Shown: one piece after another, positions 17,760 through 27,435 of the stretch
Layout of the letters: each line of letters starts with the position of its first letter
How positions within the stretch are numbered: the stretch's first letter is position 1
Virus record (IMG/VR): IMGVR_UViG_3300027744_001006
Coordinates: 1 to 40,117 of that record
DNA length: 40,117 bases
Reading direction: 5' to 3' (one strand)
Source of the DNA: a virus
Lineage: Duplodnaviria; Caudoviricetes
Position numbers and translations under genes: made by a program
The notes under the pieces: model-generated
Told to the model about the DNA's origin: nothing
Database searches by the model: none
The model's input: the letters and a program-made list of their open reading frames with translations, nothing else

Positions 17760-18221
17760 TCTCCAAGATACTACATCATTGTACAGACCTTCTGGCCAAT
17801 TCTTATAATATCCTGCATCAGTTAGTTGTTTGCTAGCCAAATTTAGTTTTTCTTTCTGCTGTACTAATATAAGATTGTATCGACCGTTGCTGAAATTTAA
17901 GTGATGGAATATTTCCGGTATATCTTTATGATCCTCTAAACATACGAATCCTCTAGACAGCCAATAGTCATTTAGACATCTGACATCTAGTATAAAATTA
18001 GTCGGGTCTACATCGCCACATACGAATCCCACGACATCATACTCCGTAGACCAATTTTCTAAACACTGCGTAATATCGAAAATGTAATTGTCAGTTTCTA
18101 TAAATTTTATCCTAGCCTTTCTAGCATAAGGACACGGAGGCAAGCCGTTGAGTAGAGCCTCTGGTTTACTTAGAAATTCTTCTATCCATGATCTAAGATA
18201 CTGTTCAAATTCCGTAGTCAT
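17745..18221 (-). CDS. hypothetical protein, DUF1415-like
   Basis: WI..F......L.PCPYA motif; start taken at MTTEF. Confidence 0.55.
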   Translation of the reverse strand: MTTEFEQYLRSWIEEFLSKPEALLNGLPPCPYARKARIKFIETDNYIFDITQCLENWSTEYDVVGFVCGDVDPTNFILDVRCLNDYWLSRGFVCLEDHKDIPEIFHHLNFSNGRYNLILVQQKEKLNLASKQLTDAGYYKNWPEGLYNDVVSWRSDRA

Positions 18222-19386
18222 TTTGATTACCACTTCGTCTGATGTCAAGTGTTAGGCAATGCCAACCACCGTCCCAAAAAAATCTATGTCGCAACGGACA
18301 GTATATTGGTTCAAGATTATGTTTTTTCAAAACAGAAAATAATTCTTTGCTATTACTGTTTACAACAACGTGTCGATCATCAACTACTAAACAATTTAAA
18401 TCAAAAATAGTTTCTTCAACGAACCCGGTCCAATTAGGCAATACTGATTCTACAAATTTAGTAAATTCATAGTTCTCCTCCTCTCCCGGAACCCACCACT
18501 TTCCCCTATTCTGTTCTTTTAGGTCATGAAATTTCCCCACATCTTCCCATCGTGTATCATTGAAATAAATTACTTCCCAGCCTTTAAAATTATGCTCTCG
18601 ACCTTTGAACCACGGCCCGGCAATGACCACTCCTGGTTTTAACACACTAAAAATACCATCGTTGTGGCCGCCAAGCATTAATTTACTATAATTAAATTGC
18701 GGATATCGTTCCATAAGATAAGTTATCGCTTCTTCAGTTTGATGCAAATCAACTAGACACTTTTTTCCTATCCTAGTTATATTTGGACTACAAAATCCAG
18801 ACAGTGGAGCATTTAAAAGTAGTTTATTTTTTTCGTCTTGGGATAACAGATCGTAGTTTATATCCAGCCCTTTAATTACTATGTATTCTTTAAAATTATC
18901 TTCAGTACGTTGGAATTGTTTTTCTCCGTTGTACAAAGTTAAATCTATTTGTTCAGGCCCAAACCATTCCTGAAATTTTTTAACGTATCCGTCTACCTCA
19001 AACGTTTTATCTGTGATTAAGATTTTATTCCCCATTACAACAGAGTCGTCGCGAACCTGTAACGGGTGAATTGGAATTAATGCATCCCTTACTATGTGTG
19101 AACTTTCGCTAGCGTGACCAATTCTGCCATTAACATCTGCATAATCTAATATGCTGCTATGGTATCCTAATTCCGTAGGAGATGCTTGAAATACTTCTAT
19201 GTTATGAGATTTCATCTGTTCTTTAAAATATTCGATATCCTCGGTGGTCTCATCGCATATTTTCTTAAGAACATCACATATTTTCTTATTTTTCACACCG
19301 TTAAAAAAACTACCGTCATAGGTACTTCCTACGACCACAGCTTCTAATGGTTGAAACTCGTCCCAACTATTAACTTGATTTTTCAT
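18205..19386 (-). CDS. amidinotransferase (glycine/inosamine-phosphate amidinotransferase family)
   Basis: NSWDEFQPLEAVVVG, VRD, GHNDG, GGWHCLTLDIRR with catalytic Cys. Confidence 0.85.
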   Translation of the reverse strand: MKNQVNSWDEFQPLEAVVVGSTYDGSFFNGVKNKKICDVLKKICDETTEDIEYFKEQMKSHNIEVFQASPTELGYHSSILDYADVNGRIGHASESSHIVRDALIPIHPLQVRDDSVVMGNKILITDKTFEVDGYVKKFQEWFGPEQIDLTLYNGEKQFQRTEDNFKEYIVIKGLDINYDLLSQDEKNKLLLNAPLSGFCSPNITRIGKKCLVDLHQTEEAITYLMERYPQFNYSKLMLGGHNDGIFSVLKPGVVIAGPWFKGREHNFKGWEVIYFNDTRWEDVGKFHDLKEQNRGKWWVPGEEENYEFTKFVESVLPNWTGFVEETIFDLNCLVVDDRHVVVNSNSKELFSVLKKHNLEPIYCPLRHRFFWDGGWHCLTLDIRRSGNQNDYGI

Positions 19387-19706
19387 TATTCCCAATCTCT
19401 ATAATATGCGTGTTGAATGTTGTCACCAACAAATTGATTAAAACTTCGATGTTTATCTTCTAACTCGCCTTCTAATGGTGCTACTCGCTGAAATGCTTCT
19501 TCGAGCTGTGCCATATTATTAAATTCCATCATAATATGCCATTCGGGGATATCTAGACTACGGAACCCCATCTTGCATCTAGTAACACGGAATGAAATCA
19601 TCTTTCTCTCGTCTACTAACTGTTGTAAGAATTTTTTCATATTACCGACCCATTCGGAATCGGTAATATCTCCTTTTTTGTCTGCCCAAATGTGATAAAT
19701 GTCCAT
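19386..19706 (-). CDS. small dimeric alpha/beta-barrel-like protein (DUF6614-like)
   Basis: 106 aa; R..RCKMGF, EWHIMMEF..MAQLEEAF; family call from memory of pattern. Confidence 0.5.
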   Translation of the reverse strand: MDIYHIWADKKGDITDSEWVGNMKKFLQQLVDERKMISFRVTRCKMGFRSLDIPEWHIMMEFNNMAQLEEAFQRVAPLEGELEDKHRSFNQFVGDNIQHAYYRDWE

Positions 19707-19711
19707 GATGA

Positions 19712-19717
19712 TATTTA
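19712..19717 (-). promoter_or_regulatory. TAAATA late-promoter-like box
   Basis: TAAATA-tcatc-ATG(19706). Confidence 0.6.
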
Positions 19718-20611
19718 TTCTGGTTTATATTTGGTTAACGGTATATCGGCCGCACATGTACACCAATCTCGTGTGCAAATGATCGGACAATCGGGCGGAA
19801 AGAATGTACCTTGATATATATTGCCTAAACTTCCGCCTACTCGGCAAGTTGCTCGGTGAACATCGCCGTCCCAGTTAATCATAAGACTTTCAATGCCAGC
19901 ATTGCACGTCCATCCGTTGAATTGATTTAGATGTTTTTTAATAACATCGTTGGCATGAATCACTTGATCGTTGTCAACACGGCAGTTAGGTTTAACTGTA
20001 GCGTCCTGAGACACGATCCATTCTAGGTCTTTTCCGTCATAACGCATATCATCAAACACATTATGATCACCTTCAGTCCATCGAATCCTACGTATAGTAT
20101 ATTTGATTCCTTTTTCTTTTAATTCTTTGACAACTTTTCTAACATCTTCCATGTGATCGTGATGCGCCATTACCGCAACAAAAAACTCATGCTCAGTGGA
20201 ATCGTAATACTGATTGATTGTGTGCATCACACGTTGCCAATCATGTTCGAAATGCAGGCTGAAAATAAGATGATTCCAAAACATTTCATGGTGTAAATAC
20301 CAAGTAGCTGATCGTGTGCCATTGGTAGTTATATTCACCCAAAATACGTTCTTTCGTTTGAAATATTCCAATAGATTTTCAATATCTGGATGTACACAGG
20401 GTTCGCCTCCTGTTAAACTAATGCGTAATGGTTTTCCTAACTCGCATAATTTATCTACCGTTGCTTCTAAAATATCAATATCTGTATGAGGGCTAAAATT
20501 ATCGTGTATTGCGCTAGGACAATATGAACAATCGTAGTTGCATCGCTTACCAAGATTCCATTCTACCTTAATTTGATCTTGATGCGGCCACGAACTTGTT
20601 ATTTTATACAT
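19715..20611 (-). CDS. radical SAM protein with C-terminal twitch-like motif (paralog of 13370)
   Basis: CNYDCSYC, TGGEP, TTNG, GWTCNAG, C...WCTC. Confidence 0.9.
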   Translation of the reverse strand: MYKITSSWPHQDQIKVEWNLGKRCNYDCSYCPSAIHDNFSPHTDIDILEATVDKLCELGKPLRISLTGGEPCVHPDIENLLEYFKRKNVFWVNITTNGTRSATWYLHHEMFWNHLIFSLHFEHDWQRVMHTINQYYDSTEHEFFVAVMAHHDHMEDVRKVVKELKEKGIKYTIRRIRWTEGDHNVFDDMRYDGKDLEWIVSQDATVKPNCRVDNDQVIHANDVIKKHLNQFNGWTCNAGIESLMINWDGDVHRATCRVGGSLGNIYQGTFFPPDCPIICTRDWCTCAADIPLTKYKPE

Positions 20612-21863
20612 ATTGTTTAAACTCCGGAGTTACTTCTTCAAAACATTGAGTTCGTGTTTTATCTAACCTACGATTAAATTCTATACAGTCTTGCCACTTA
20701 TCGCTTTGATCTCGTGCTCGCAAGTAATTAATGTTATCCTGTATTTGTCCTAGAGTATATTCTAATAGTTGTGGGTGTTCTTTGACTAATTTAAAATCTT
20801 TAACTCGCTCACGTACAGCAATTAGTTTGTCTATTGCTAACATTTTTAGTTCACTAGGCAATACTTGTGCTGATAACAGTTTAGGATATTCAACACGATG
20901 CGTATGGAACACAATACCTAGGTCGTCTAGAAAGTATTCGATTATTTTATCTAGAACAATAACATTACTAACTTGTACAGTAACAGCACCAACTATGCGA
21001 CTGATGTTTGGAATAGTCTGTATCTGTTTAATGTTATTAACGAGTTCTGCCCAGCTGGCATTACCTCGAATATATTCATAACTATTACCGATGCCATCTA
21101 TGCTCACGTTAACCGCTACTGACTTGAACTTAGGCCAGTACTCCCACACGGTTCGATTGCTTTTACCCAGTATGGTTAAATTGGTAGCATACTTAATTTC
21201 TACTTGGTGCCCGTACGGAGCAAGCATATCCAGTATTCGATAGTGTTGCGGATCCATTAACGGTTCGCCACCGGCAAACTCTACACGACGGAAGTGTGGG
21301 AGCAACTTTTCTAAACTAGCCCACCATTCAGGATTGTCTTGGAATTTATCAAGATGCGGCTTATTTTCTAAATCGTGTTTTTCTACAATAGCATACATGA
21401 TATTACCTTCTGCTTTGTAAAAGTCTTTTACTTCACTCCAGTCATTCCAACTAGTACTATCCATCGGATGACACATGCGACATTTTAAATTACACAAATT
21501 GTTTAGTTTGAGTTCCATTGTAGGAATCTCAAAAGGCATAGTAAAATCGTGACGCATTTTTTTCAATTCATCTGGGTACAAATTTATTCTTGCTTCTGGA
21601 ATTTTTCCTGCAATATGTCGCTGGCGCAGACTTTCAACACCCTGATCTTCTAAACTAAAGCAAGGTTCACATTCAGCAGGTCTTTCACCTATTAACACCT
21701 GTCGACGTATTCGCTGCATGATCTCACTGTTCCAGTGATACTCTAATGGAGCATCCTGAATAAACCCAATAGGGTGGCTTCGACAACAAGCACAGATAGC
21801 ACCGTCTTCTCTAGTTGCTAGTCCTGTAAAGGGATGCATACAAAATGTTTTACTTTGGTGCAT
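20604..21863 (-). CDS. radical SAM protein with N-terminal twitch/SPASM-like domain (paralog of 15898)
   Basis: FCMHPF..CACC..CEPC; CNLKCRMC; FAGGEP; SIDG. Confidence 0.9.
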   Translation of the reverse strand: MHQSKTFCMHPFTGLATREDGAICACCRSHPIGFIQDAPLEYHWNSEIMQRIRRQVLIGERPAECEPCFSLEDQGVESLRQRHIAGKIPEARINLYPDELKKMRHDFTMPFEIPTMELKLNNLCNLKCRMCHPMDSTSWNDWSEVKDFYKAEGNIMYAIVEKHDLENKPHLDKFQDNPEWWASLEKLLPHFRRVEFAGGEPLMDPQHYRILDMLAPYGHQVEIKYATNLTILGKSNRTVWEYWPKFKSVAVNVSIDGIGNSYEYIRGNASWAELVNNIKQIQTIPNISRIVGAVTVQVSNVIVLDKIIEYFLDDLGIVFHTHRVEYPKLLSAQVLPSELKMLAIDKLIAVRERVKDFKLVKEHPQLLEYTLGQIQDNINYLRARDQSDKWQDCIEFNRRLDKTRTQCFEEVTPEFKQYV

Positions 21864-22461
21864 TGATTATCTTGTATAATTTTTTAGCCGCGTTGCTATG
21901 ACTTACGTGGCCGGGGTGACTGTGGTCTAGTGCTTTGTCAACCATTGTTAAAATGTCTTCATTTATATAAGTTGTAGGAGTCAATATAAAATTTGGCATC
22001 ACTTCATACCAAGCCCACGAAGTAGAAAAATGATGTTGTTGAACATTTTTTGTTTTTAAAAAACATTCAGCATGGTGTATGTGAAGTCCTGTTCTTACAG
22101 ATAGATCATAGTTATTATGAACATCTGCCCATTTTTCAATAAATTTTGTATCTTTGTGCCAAACATTTACCTGTATAGAAGTATCCATGCCCAACAGATT
22201 TTTTCTAAAAATATAGTCTCTTTGAGGATAGGTCCATCCAACAATCACTATGTCAGTTTGCTGAAATTCAAAGTTTAAAATATCTTTTAATATTTGTATA
22301 TTGCTGTGTCCCGGAACAGCAGTATTAACGACATTGTATCCTAGCATATCTCCCAGTACTTTGGGCCATGCACGATCACTGGGAAATGTATCGGTGGGAT
22401 CCAACCAATGTCCGAATGTTAAGCTATCTCCGAAAGTTATTAATCTAGTCATTTTTATCAA
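21850..22461 (-). CDS. SGNH/GDSL hydrolase-like protein
   Basis: FGDS(LT), N.AVPGHSN, D.SHPG. Confidence 0.75.
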   Translation of the reverse strand: MIKMTRLITFGDSLTFGHWLDPTDTFPSDRAWPKVLGDMLGYNVVNTAVPGHSNIQILKDILNFEFQQTDIVIVGWTYPQRDYIFRKNLLGMDTSIQVNVWHKDTKFIEKWADVHNNYDLSVRTGLHIHHAECFLKTKNVQQHHFSTSWAWYEVMPNFILTPTTYINEDILTMVDKALDHSHPGHVSHSNAAKKLYKIINAPK

Positions 22462-23173
22462 TTGCCCATTTTCTTTCTTTGCACCAGAAACACACGCCGC
22501 ATGTCGGAACTACCTGTCCTTTTACATATGTTTTATAATTAATAGTTTCAAATTCGCCTTCACAACTGCGTGTAGTATTCAAAAGGTCTTTGATTTCTAA
22601 TCTTTTGTACTGTTTAATAATCCAATCCTTTTCAACAAATCTAAAAGGATGTATAGCATATCTACCCATGTGTATCATCAATGTTAAATGCTGATTCGCT
22701 TCTGTGGGTTCTATGTTCCTCTCAGCCATGCCGCCCAAGTCTATTTCTCTAGGGTTTCGAGTAACAGCATTATAATATGCTTCACAATCTTCATTGTAAC
22801 AAATGTATTCTGCATAAGCACGTTGCTGAATATTATCACCACTTACGTTTTTGTCATACTCGTCTACAATGCTAGGGCCGATGTTTCCGTACTCGATGTC
22901 GGGTGCAATAAAGTTAGTATGTCTTTTAAATTTAATTTTAGGAAATTTATTTGTTAACCAGTTGTATACATTTAAACTATCCTGTTGTTGCCACGGACGA
23001 GTTTTCCACATACGGGTATGACTAATAATATGTACTGTAGTATCATTTGAAATCAAACTGCATATTAAGTATGCTAATAACGCAGAGTCAGCCCCACCGC
23101 TGACGCTAATAGCAATATTTTCCCAATGTTTTTCAAAGGGTATATTGACACCATCTGCATTATCTAATTTCAT
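22445..23173 (-). CDS. QueC-like PP-loop ATP pyrophosphatase
   Basis: SGGADS PP-loop, PF...K..I, TRSC, CGVCFWC.ER Zn motif. Confidence 0.75.
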   Translation of the reverse strand: MKLDNADGVNIPFEKHWENIAISVSGGADSALLAYLICSLISNDTTVHIISHTRMWKTRPWQQQDSLNVYNWLTNKFPKIKFKRHTNFIAPDIEYGNIGPSIVDEYDKNVSGDNIQQRAYAEYICYNEDCEAYYNAVTRNPREIDLGGMAERNIEPTEANQHLTLMIHMGRYAIHPFRFVEKDWIIKQYKRLEIKDLLNTTRSCEGEFETINYKTYVKGQVVPTCGVCFWCKERKWAIDKND

Positions 23174-24017
23174 TTTCTAAATACCTTATCAACGGACTGA
23201 CCCCCACAGGCTGACCATTTCGCAATGCCAAATAAATGCTCTTAGTGGGTGTAAGGTTAAAGTCCTTACATACTTTGTAATATCGTTCACTGTGTGTATT
23301 CCACAGATAGTCGGGTTGTAAATTACGTATAAAATGTAGTCCAATCATAACTAATGCACGATTGTTCATGCGGAAGTCATTCATTATTGTAACACTATCT
23401 GCCTTGGGTTGTCTAGTCCAGCGTAAGCCTATCCTGTTCCACCCAAGACCAAGACCTTTGCTAAGACTGATGCCAACGGATCTAATAGCCACATGGTTAA
23501 AGTCAAAAGTAATGTCACGGCAACAACTAACCCAAGCACTGTCAATATGTACTGCAATGTTTTTAATTTTACATTCATGTAAAATCTCCTCCATGTCTTG
23601 ATGTGGGGCACCAATGCTAGGAAACGGCATCGCTATAATTAACGGAATATCTGGTATCAGCGAGCCCACATCTTTAACATACGCTAATCCTAATCTTTCG
23701 TGGTATCTATAATCGTTACGTAGTACTTGCACAGGCCCTTGCATGTAAAGATTATCGATAAACTGAGTACATCCGTTTATAATATCTACACGAGTAAACT
23801 GATCAAACCCTGTTAGACGATTTAGTTTAGAATTAAAAATGTAATCGGTCGTTTCATTTTTAAAATTAGTATAAACACTATCAGTAATATCCGAATCTAA
23901 TTTACCACTTAATACATCTTGTATTAGTTGTTCAATTTTTGAATCCGACAATGGACTAGGGCGATCTACTTCGAGATGGTCAATTAAATATTCCGGTGCA
24001 ATTAGAATGCGATTCAT
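23160..24017 (-). CDS. fold-type I PLP-dependent enzyme
   Basis: NGCTQ, HIDSAW, SLSKGLG...RIG (PLP lysine); start at MNRIL after TAAATA. Confidence 0.7.
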   Translation of the reverse strand: MNRILIAPEYLIDHLEVDRPSPLSDSKIEQLIQDVLSGKLDSDITDSVYTNFKNETTDYIFNSKLNRLTGFDQFTRVDIINGCTQFIDNLYMQGPVQVLRNDYRYHERLGLAYVKDVGSLIPDIPLIIAMPFPSIGAPHQDMEEILHECKIKNIAVHIDSAWVSCCRDITFDFNHVAIRSVGISLSKGLGLGWNRIGLRWTRQPKADSVTIMNDFRMNNRALVMIGLHFIRNLQPDYLWNTHSERYYKVCKDFNLTPTKSIYLALRNGQPVGVSPLIRYLENEIR

Positions 24018-24021
24018 GAAA

Positions 24022-24052
24022 TATTTACCCTCATTAAGTACACACATAAATA
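24022..24052. promoter_or_regulatory. divergent pair of TAAATA boxes
   Basis: - strand 24022-24027 (4 nt to ATG 24017); + strand 24047-24052 (5 nt to ATG 24058). Confidence 0.7.
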
Positions 24053-24057
24053 TTTCT

Positions 24058-24723
24058 ATGCTAACTCTCACCAACTACACAGTTAACACATCGGTGTTTC
24101 AAGAGGCATGTATCCAATTGCCTAACGAAGGAATGAAAACAACCATTAATCAACCTACGGGCAATTTCTTTTACGATCCGTGGATTTTAAAAGACGAGTA
24201 TAAAGGCACAGTTTGGGGAACTTTATATAATTCACTGACTGTCGCCAAAGGTGAAGCGAGAATTATTATTTTGGATCCAGCTCATTGCTACCAAACACAT
24301 GCAGATATAGATGATAGATATCATCTTAACATACAGGGCGAAGCATGTTATCTTATGGATTTAGTTAGAGAACAAATGTATCGTTTAGAACAAGACGGTA
24401 TTTGGTACGACATGGACGCAGGCCTATTACACACCGCTACTAATTTTGGTAGACGTGCTAGAGTACAGCTGGTAGTTAGAAAATTATTAAAAAATAACAA
24501 GTTAAAAAATCCAATAGAAGTATCATTATCTACAACAATAGAAAATACCGACGATGCTAGATTTGTGTTTGATAACACACTAAGTCCTTGGCTTAACGAA
24601 GCAAACAAATTAGGCCTTATAAACAATTTTGATCATTCTCCTATTTCAATAAAATTTAATATTGAACAAGATAAAATAGATTCATTTAAACGTGTGTTGC
24701 CCCCGGAATTTAAGATTATATGA
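24058..24723 (+). CDS. Asp/Asn beta-hydroxylase-like Fe(II)/2OG oxygenase
   Basis: ARII.L.P..CY..HADID.RYH, MDAG..HTA.N.G...R..LVV. Confidence 0.7.
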   Translation: MLTLTNYTVNTSVFQEACIQLPNEGMKTTINQPTGNFFYDPWILKDEYKGTVWGTLYNSLTVAKGEARIIILDPAHCYQTHADIDDRYHLNIQGEACYLMDLVREQMYRLEQDGIWYDMDAGLLHTATNFGRRARVQLVVRKLLKNNKLKNPIEVSLSTTIENTDDARFVFDNTLSPWLNEANKLGLINNFDHSPISIKFNIEQDKIDSFKRVLPPEFKII

Positions 24724-26264
24724 ACCATGTGTTATTCTTTTCATTAACGGGTAAACGTTGGGAGAGAGCATTATGGTCTCATCGTGTGGCAACATTTTTA
24801 CGAATGAATGATTGGGACGCAGAAGTCGTAGACTTTACAGCATTCTGGAAACTAGAAGAACTACAAGAGTTTGTGCGTAGTAGAACAACAGACAAGACAG
24901 TTATGTTTTGCTTTGGCGCAGCATTTTTAAATCCGTGGAGTCCGTACCTAAATGAATTCATTGCATGGCTGAAAAAAGAATATCCCACTATTCCAGTTGT
25001 AGTAGGTGGGAACAATGCCTTGGTTACTCCAGCTGAAGGCGTTAACTATTGGGTAGACAGCTACGGTGAGAACGCTGTTCTAGCCTTATGCCAACACCTT
25101 ATTGGAACATTAGGATCACCATTGCTAACTGACTCTGCATTCTTCGGCAGTAAGAAAGTTATTAGGGGCTTACATCATTACCCGAGTGCCCCATTAGATA
25201 GCTATCTAGTAGACTACGAAGTACGTGACTTTATGATGCAGTGGGAATGCCCTCAGATTGAAACAGCACGTGGTTGTATGTTCAGCTGCTCTTACTGTAA
25301 CTTTCCTATTATAGGTCAAGCCAAGGACGTTAGCGTTAGCAAAGAAGAATTCAAACGTCAAATGCAAACAGGATATGAGAAGTGGGGTATTAAGAATTGG
25401 CGTGTGATGGATGAAACATTCAATGATCGTCCCGAGAAGTTACAGAAGTATGCAGATGCTGTGGATAAACTAAACTACAATCCCTGGATATGCGGATTTG
25501 CTCGTGGCGACTTGGTAGTCAAACATCGTGAACATTGGGACACTTATATTAGATTAGGCTTCCTTGGACACAGCATGGGCATTGAAACGTTTAATCATGC
25601 CGCTGGTAAACTTGTACGCAAGGGAATGGATCCTGAAAAACTACAAGAAGGCTTGTTAGACTTCCAGTCGTACACCGATGTTCATGCCCCTAGGCGATAC
25701 AGAGCAAACATACAAATGATATGCGGCATACCCGGCGAAAGTGCAGAATCATGGAACACGTCATTAGCGTGGCTCAATACTAATTGGACTAGACAAAGTG
25801 CATCAGCACACATATTAGAAGTTCCGGATTATGATGAAACATTAACAAATCAAAGTCGATTTACTAAAGAACTAGTAAGTAACGGATTGATTAAATTAGA
25901 AGCTAGACAAAATCCAGGATATGAAGTATCGAAAGACAGCAGTGGTAATGTTATATTCAAATCCACAACTCCTAGAGGCGGCGGCGTTGGCAGTACTAGG
26001 AATGATATTGTTATATGGAAACATAATGATATGGACTGGCATCAGGCCGAAGCACTAGTGAAAGAATTTTATTCAGACAACGGGTTTATTGGTCTTAGAG
26101 GTTGCAACCCGTTCTTATCCGACAGATTATTTGCGTATCATCAAACAAGTTCATACGAAGAAATATATGATTATAAAGTATCTACAGTGGATACTGATGA
26201 TCAAAAATATAGGGATCAAGTGCAGTCATATATTGATAAAAAATTAAACTGGAGTAAACAGTGA
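24720..26264 (+). CDS. cobalamin-binding-domain radical SAM protein (class B-like)
   Basis: N-terminal B12-binding-like region (EVVDF, VVVGG), TARGCMFSCSYC, DETFN, GIETF, ICGIPGES. Confidence 0.85.
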   Translation: MNHVLFFSLTGKRWERALWSHRVATFLRMNDWDAEVVDFTAFWKLEELQEFVRSRTTDKTVMFCFGAAFLNPWSPYLNEFIAWLKKEYPTIPVVVGGNNALVTPAEGVNYWVDSYGENAVLALCQHLIGTLGSPLLTDSAFFGSKKVIRGLHHYPSAPLDSYLVDYEVRDFMMQWECPQIETARGCMFSCSYCNFPIIGQAKDVSVSKEEFKRQMQTGYEKWGIKNWRVMDETFNDRPEKLQKYADAVDKLNYNPWICGFARGDLVVKHREHWDTYIRLGFLGHSMGIETFNHAAGKLVRKGMDPEKLQEGLLDFQSYTDVHAPRRYRANIQMICGIPGESAESWNTSLAWLNTNWTRQSASAHILEVPDYDETLTNQSRFTKELVSNGLIKLEARQNPGYEVSKDSSGNVIFKSTTPRGGGVGSTRNDIVIWKHNDMDWHQAEALVKEFYSDNGFIGLRGCNPFLSDRLFAYHQTSSYEEIYDYKVSTVDTDDQKYRDQVQSYIDKKLNWSKQ

Positions 26265-26947
26265 TAGACACAAGTAACTGGAAGTATTACTACAAGTTAA
26301 ATCCTGATGGGACTCCTAATAGTTCAAATCTACTATATTCTCCTACAGTAAATGAAGAACAAACTATAATGTGTATGCACTACTGTACAGATAACACATA
26401 CAGGGAAGACGAGAAAGTTTCTACAATAGATGAAGACTTACTCCAATGGTTTTTTGAACGCGAAGTAAAGTTTTTAAATGACTTATCACATTTAAAGACA
26501 ACTCCAGAAGTATACGCCGTGGATTTTAATAACAGAAAAATATTTATAGAATGGAATAAAGAAACACTATCACAAGTGCTATATGATAAAGATAGGAATC
26601 TAGACGTAGAACTGCCAGACTGGAAACAACAGATTAAAGATTTTTTAATTGCAACTAAAGAAAACAATTTTTATAAAATGGCAATGTATCCGCATTGTTT
26701 TTATATTTCAAAAGACAATATATTGAAAACTATAGACTATTATTCTGTGGTGCCGTACAGTGAACGCTTTATAGAAAGAAAAGTAATAGAAGGTATCATA
26801 GGAAAAGATGGTGCATACAGATTTGATGAGTCAACTGATAACGGTTATATTGATTTTAAAAAGTTTTTTGAAATTACAGTAACACAACACTTAACAAGAT
26901 ATTGGCCAGACTCCCCGTTTGCTGATATATTTAGAGAGATACAATGA
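26261..26947 (+). CDS. protein-kinase-like fold protein with degenerate catalytic motifs
   Basis: FEREVKFL helix C, PEVY, IFIEW, LKTIDYY; GTG start overlapping upstream stop. Confidence 0.55.
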   Translation: MIDTSNWKYYYKLNPDGTPNSSNLLYSPTVNEEQTIMCMHYCTDNTYREDEKVSTIDEDLLQWFFEREVKFLNDLSHLKTTPEVYAVDFNNRKIFIEWNKETLSQVLYDKDRNLDVELPDWKQQIKDFLIATKENNFYKMAMYPHCFYISKDNILKTIDYYSVVPYSERFIERKVIEGIIGKDGAYRFDESTDNGYIDFKKFFEITVTQHLTRYWPDSPFADIFREIQ

Positions 26948-27435
26948 TTGATTGGAATAGTATTATAAGCAATTTAACAGACGGTAAAATAGTTACTGTC
27001 GATCCTGCACGTTGGAATATAAACAATCCAGAGTATGCGGAAATGTTAAAGCTGTGGAAGGACAATAACTTTAATACTGATAGCGTTAAGTGGACAAATT
27101 ACTATGATACGAAAGAACTAGAATCTGAAATATCAAAAAAATTTAGTATAAAAATTTTACGTAGCTGGATTAGTTGTGTAGAGCCCGGATATATGACTGG
27201 CTATCATTATGACATCGATGATAATGAAGAAGAATATTTAAAACACGGGTTGATAACCCGTTATTCTATTTTTATTAGTGAACCAGCAATTGGTCACTTG
27301 TTTATATTAGGTAAAGAATATTTTTATAATAAACCCCAAGGCACATTACTTAAATGGAATAATTATAGAGATTGGCATAATGGAATTAACGGTAGCCTAG
27401 AAAAAAAGTATATGTTTCACGTTATAGGATATTAA
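26944..27435 (+). CDS. Fe(II)/2OG oxygenase / cupin-like protein
   Basis: PG....HYD ... WH.G.N facial triad. Confidence 0.7.
   Translation: MIDWNSIISNLTDGKIVTVDPARWNINNPEYAEMLKLWKDNNFNTDSVKWTNYYDTKELESEISKKFSIKILRSWISCVEPGYMTGYHYDIDDNEEEYLKHGLITRYSIFISEPAIGHLFILGKEYFYNKPQGTLLKWNNYRDWHNGINGSLEKKYMFHVIGY

Noticed and set aside
5554-23173. Complete 7-deazaguanine DNA modification pathway
   Set aside because: Only queD and a divergent QueC-like gene are visible. No folE, dpdA/tgt or clearly QueE-type gene is seen here, though they may lie outside the window.
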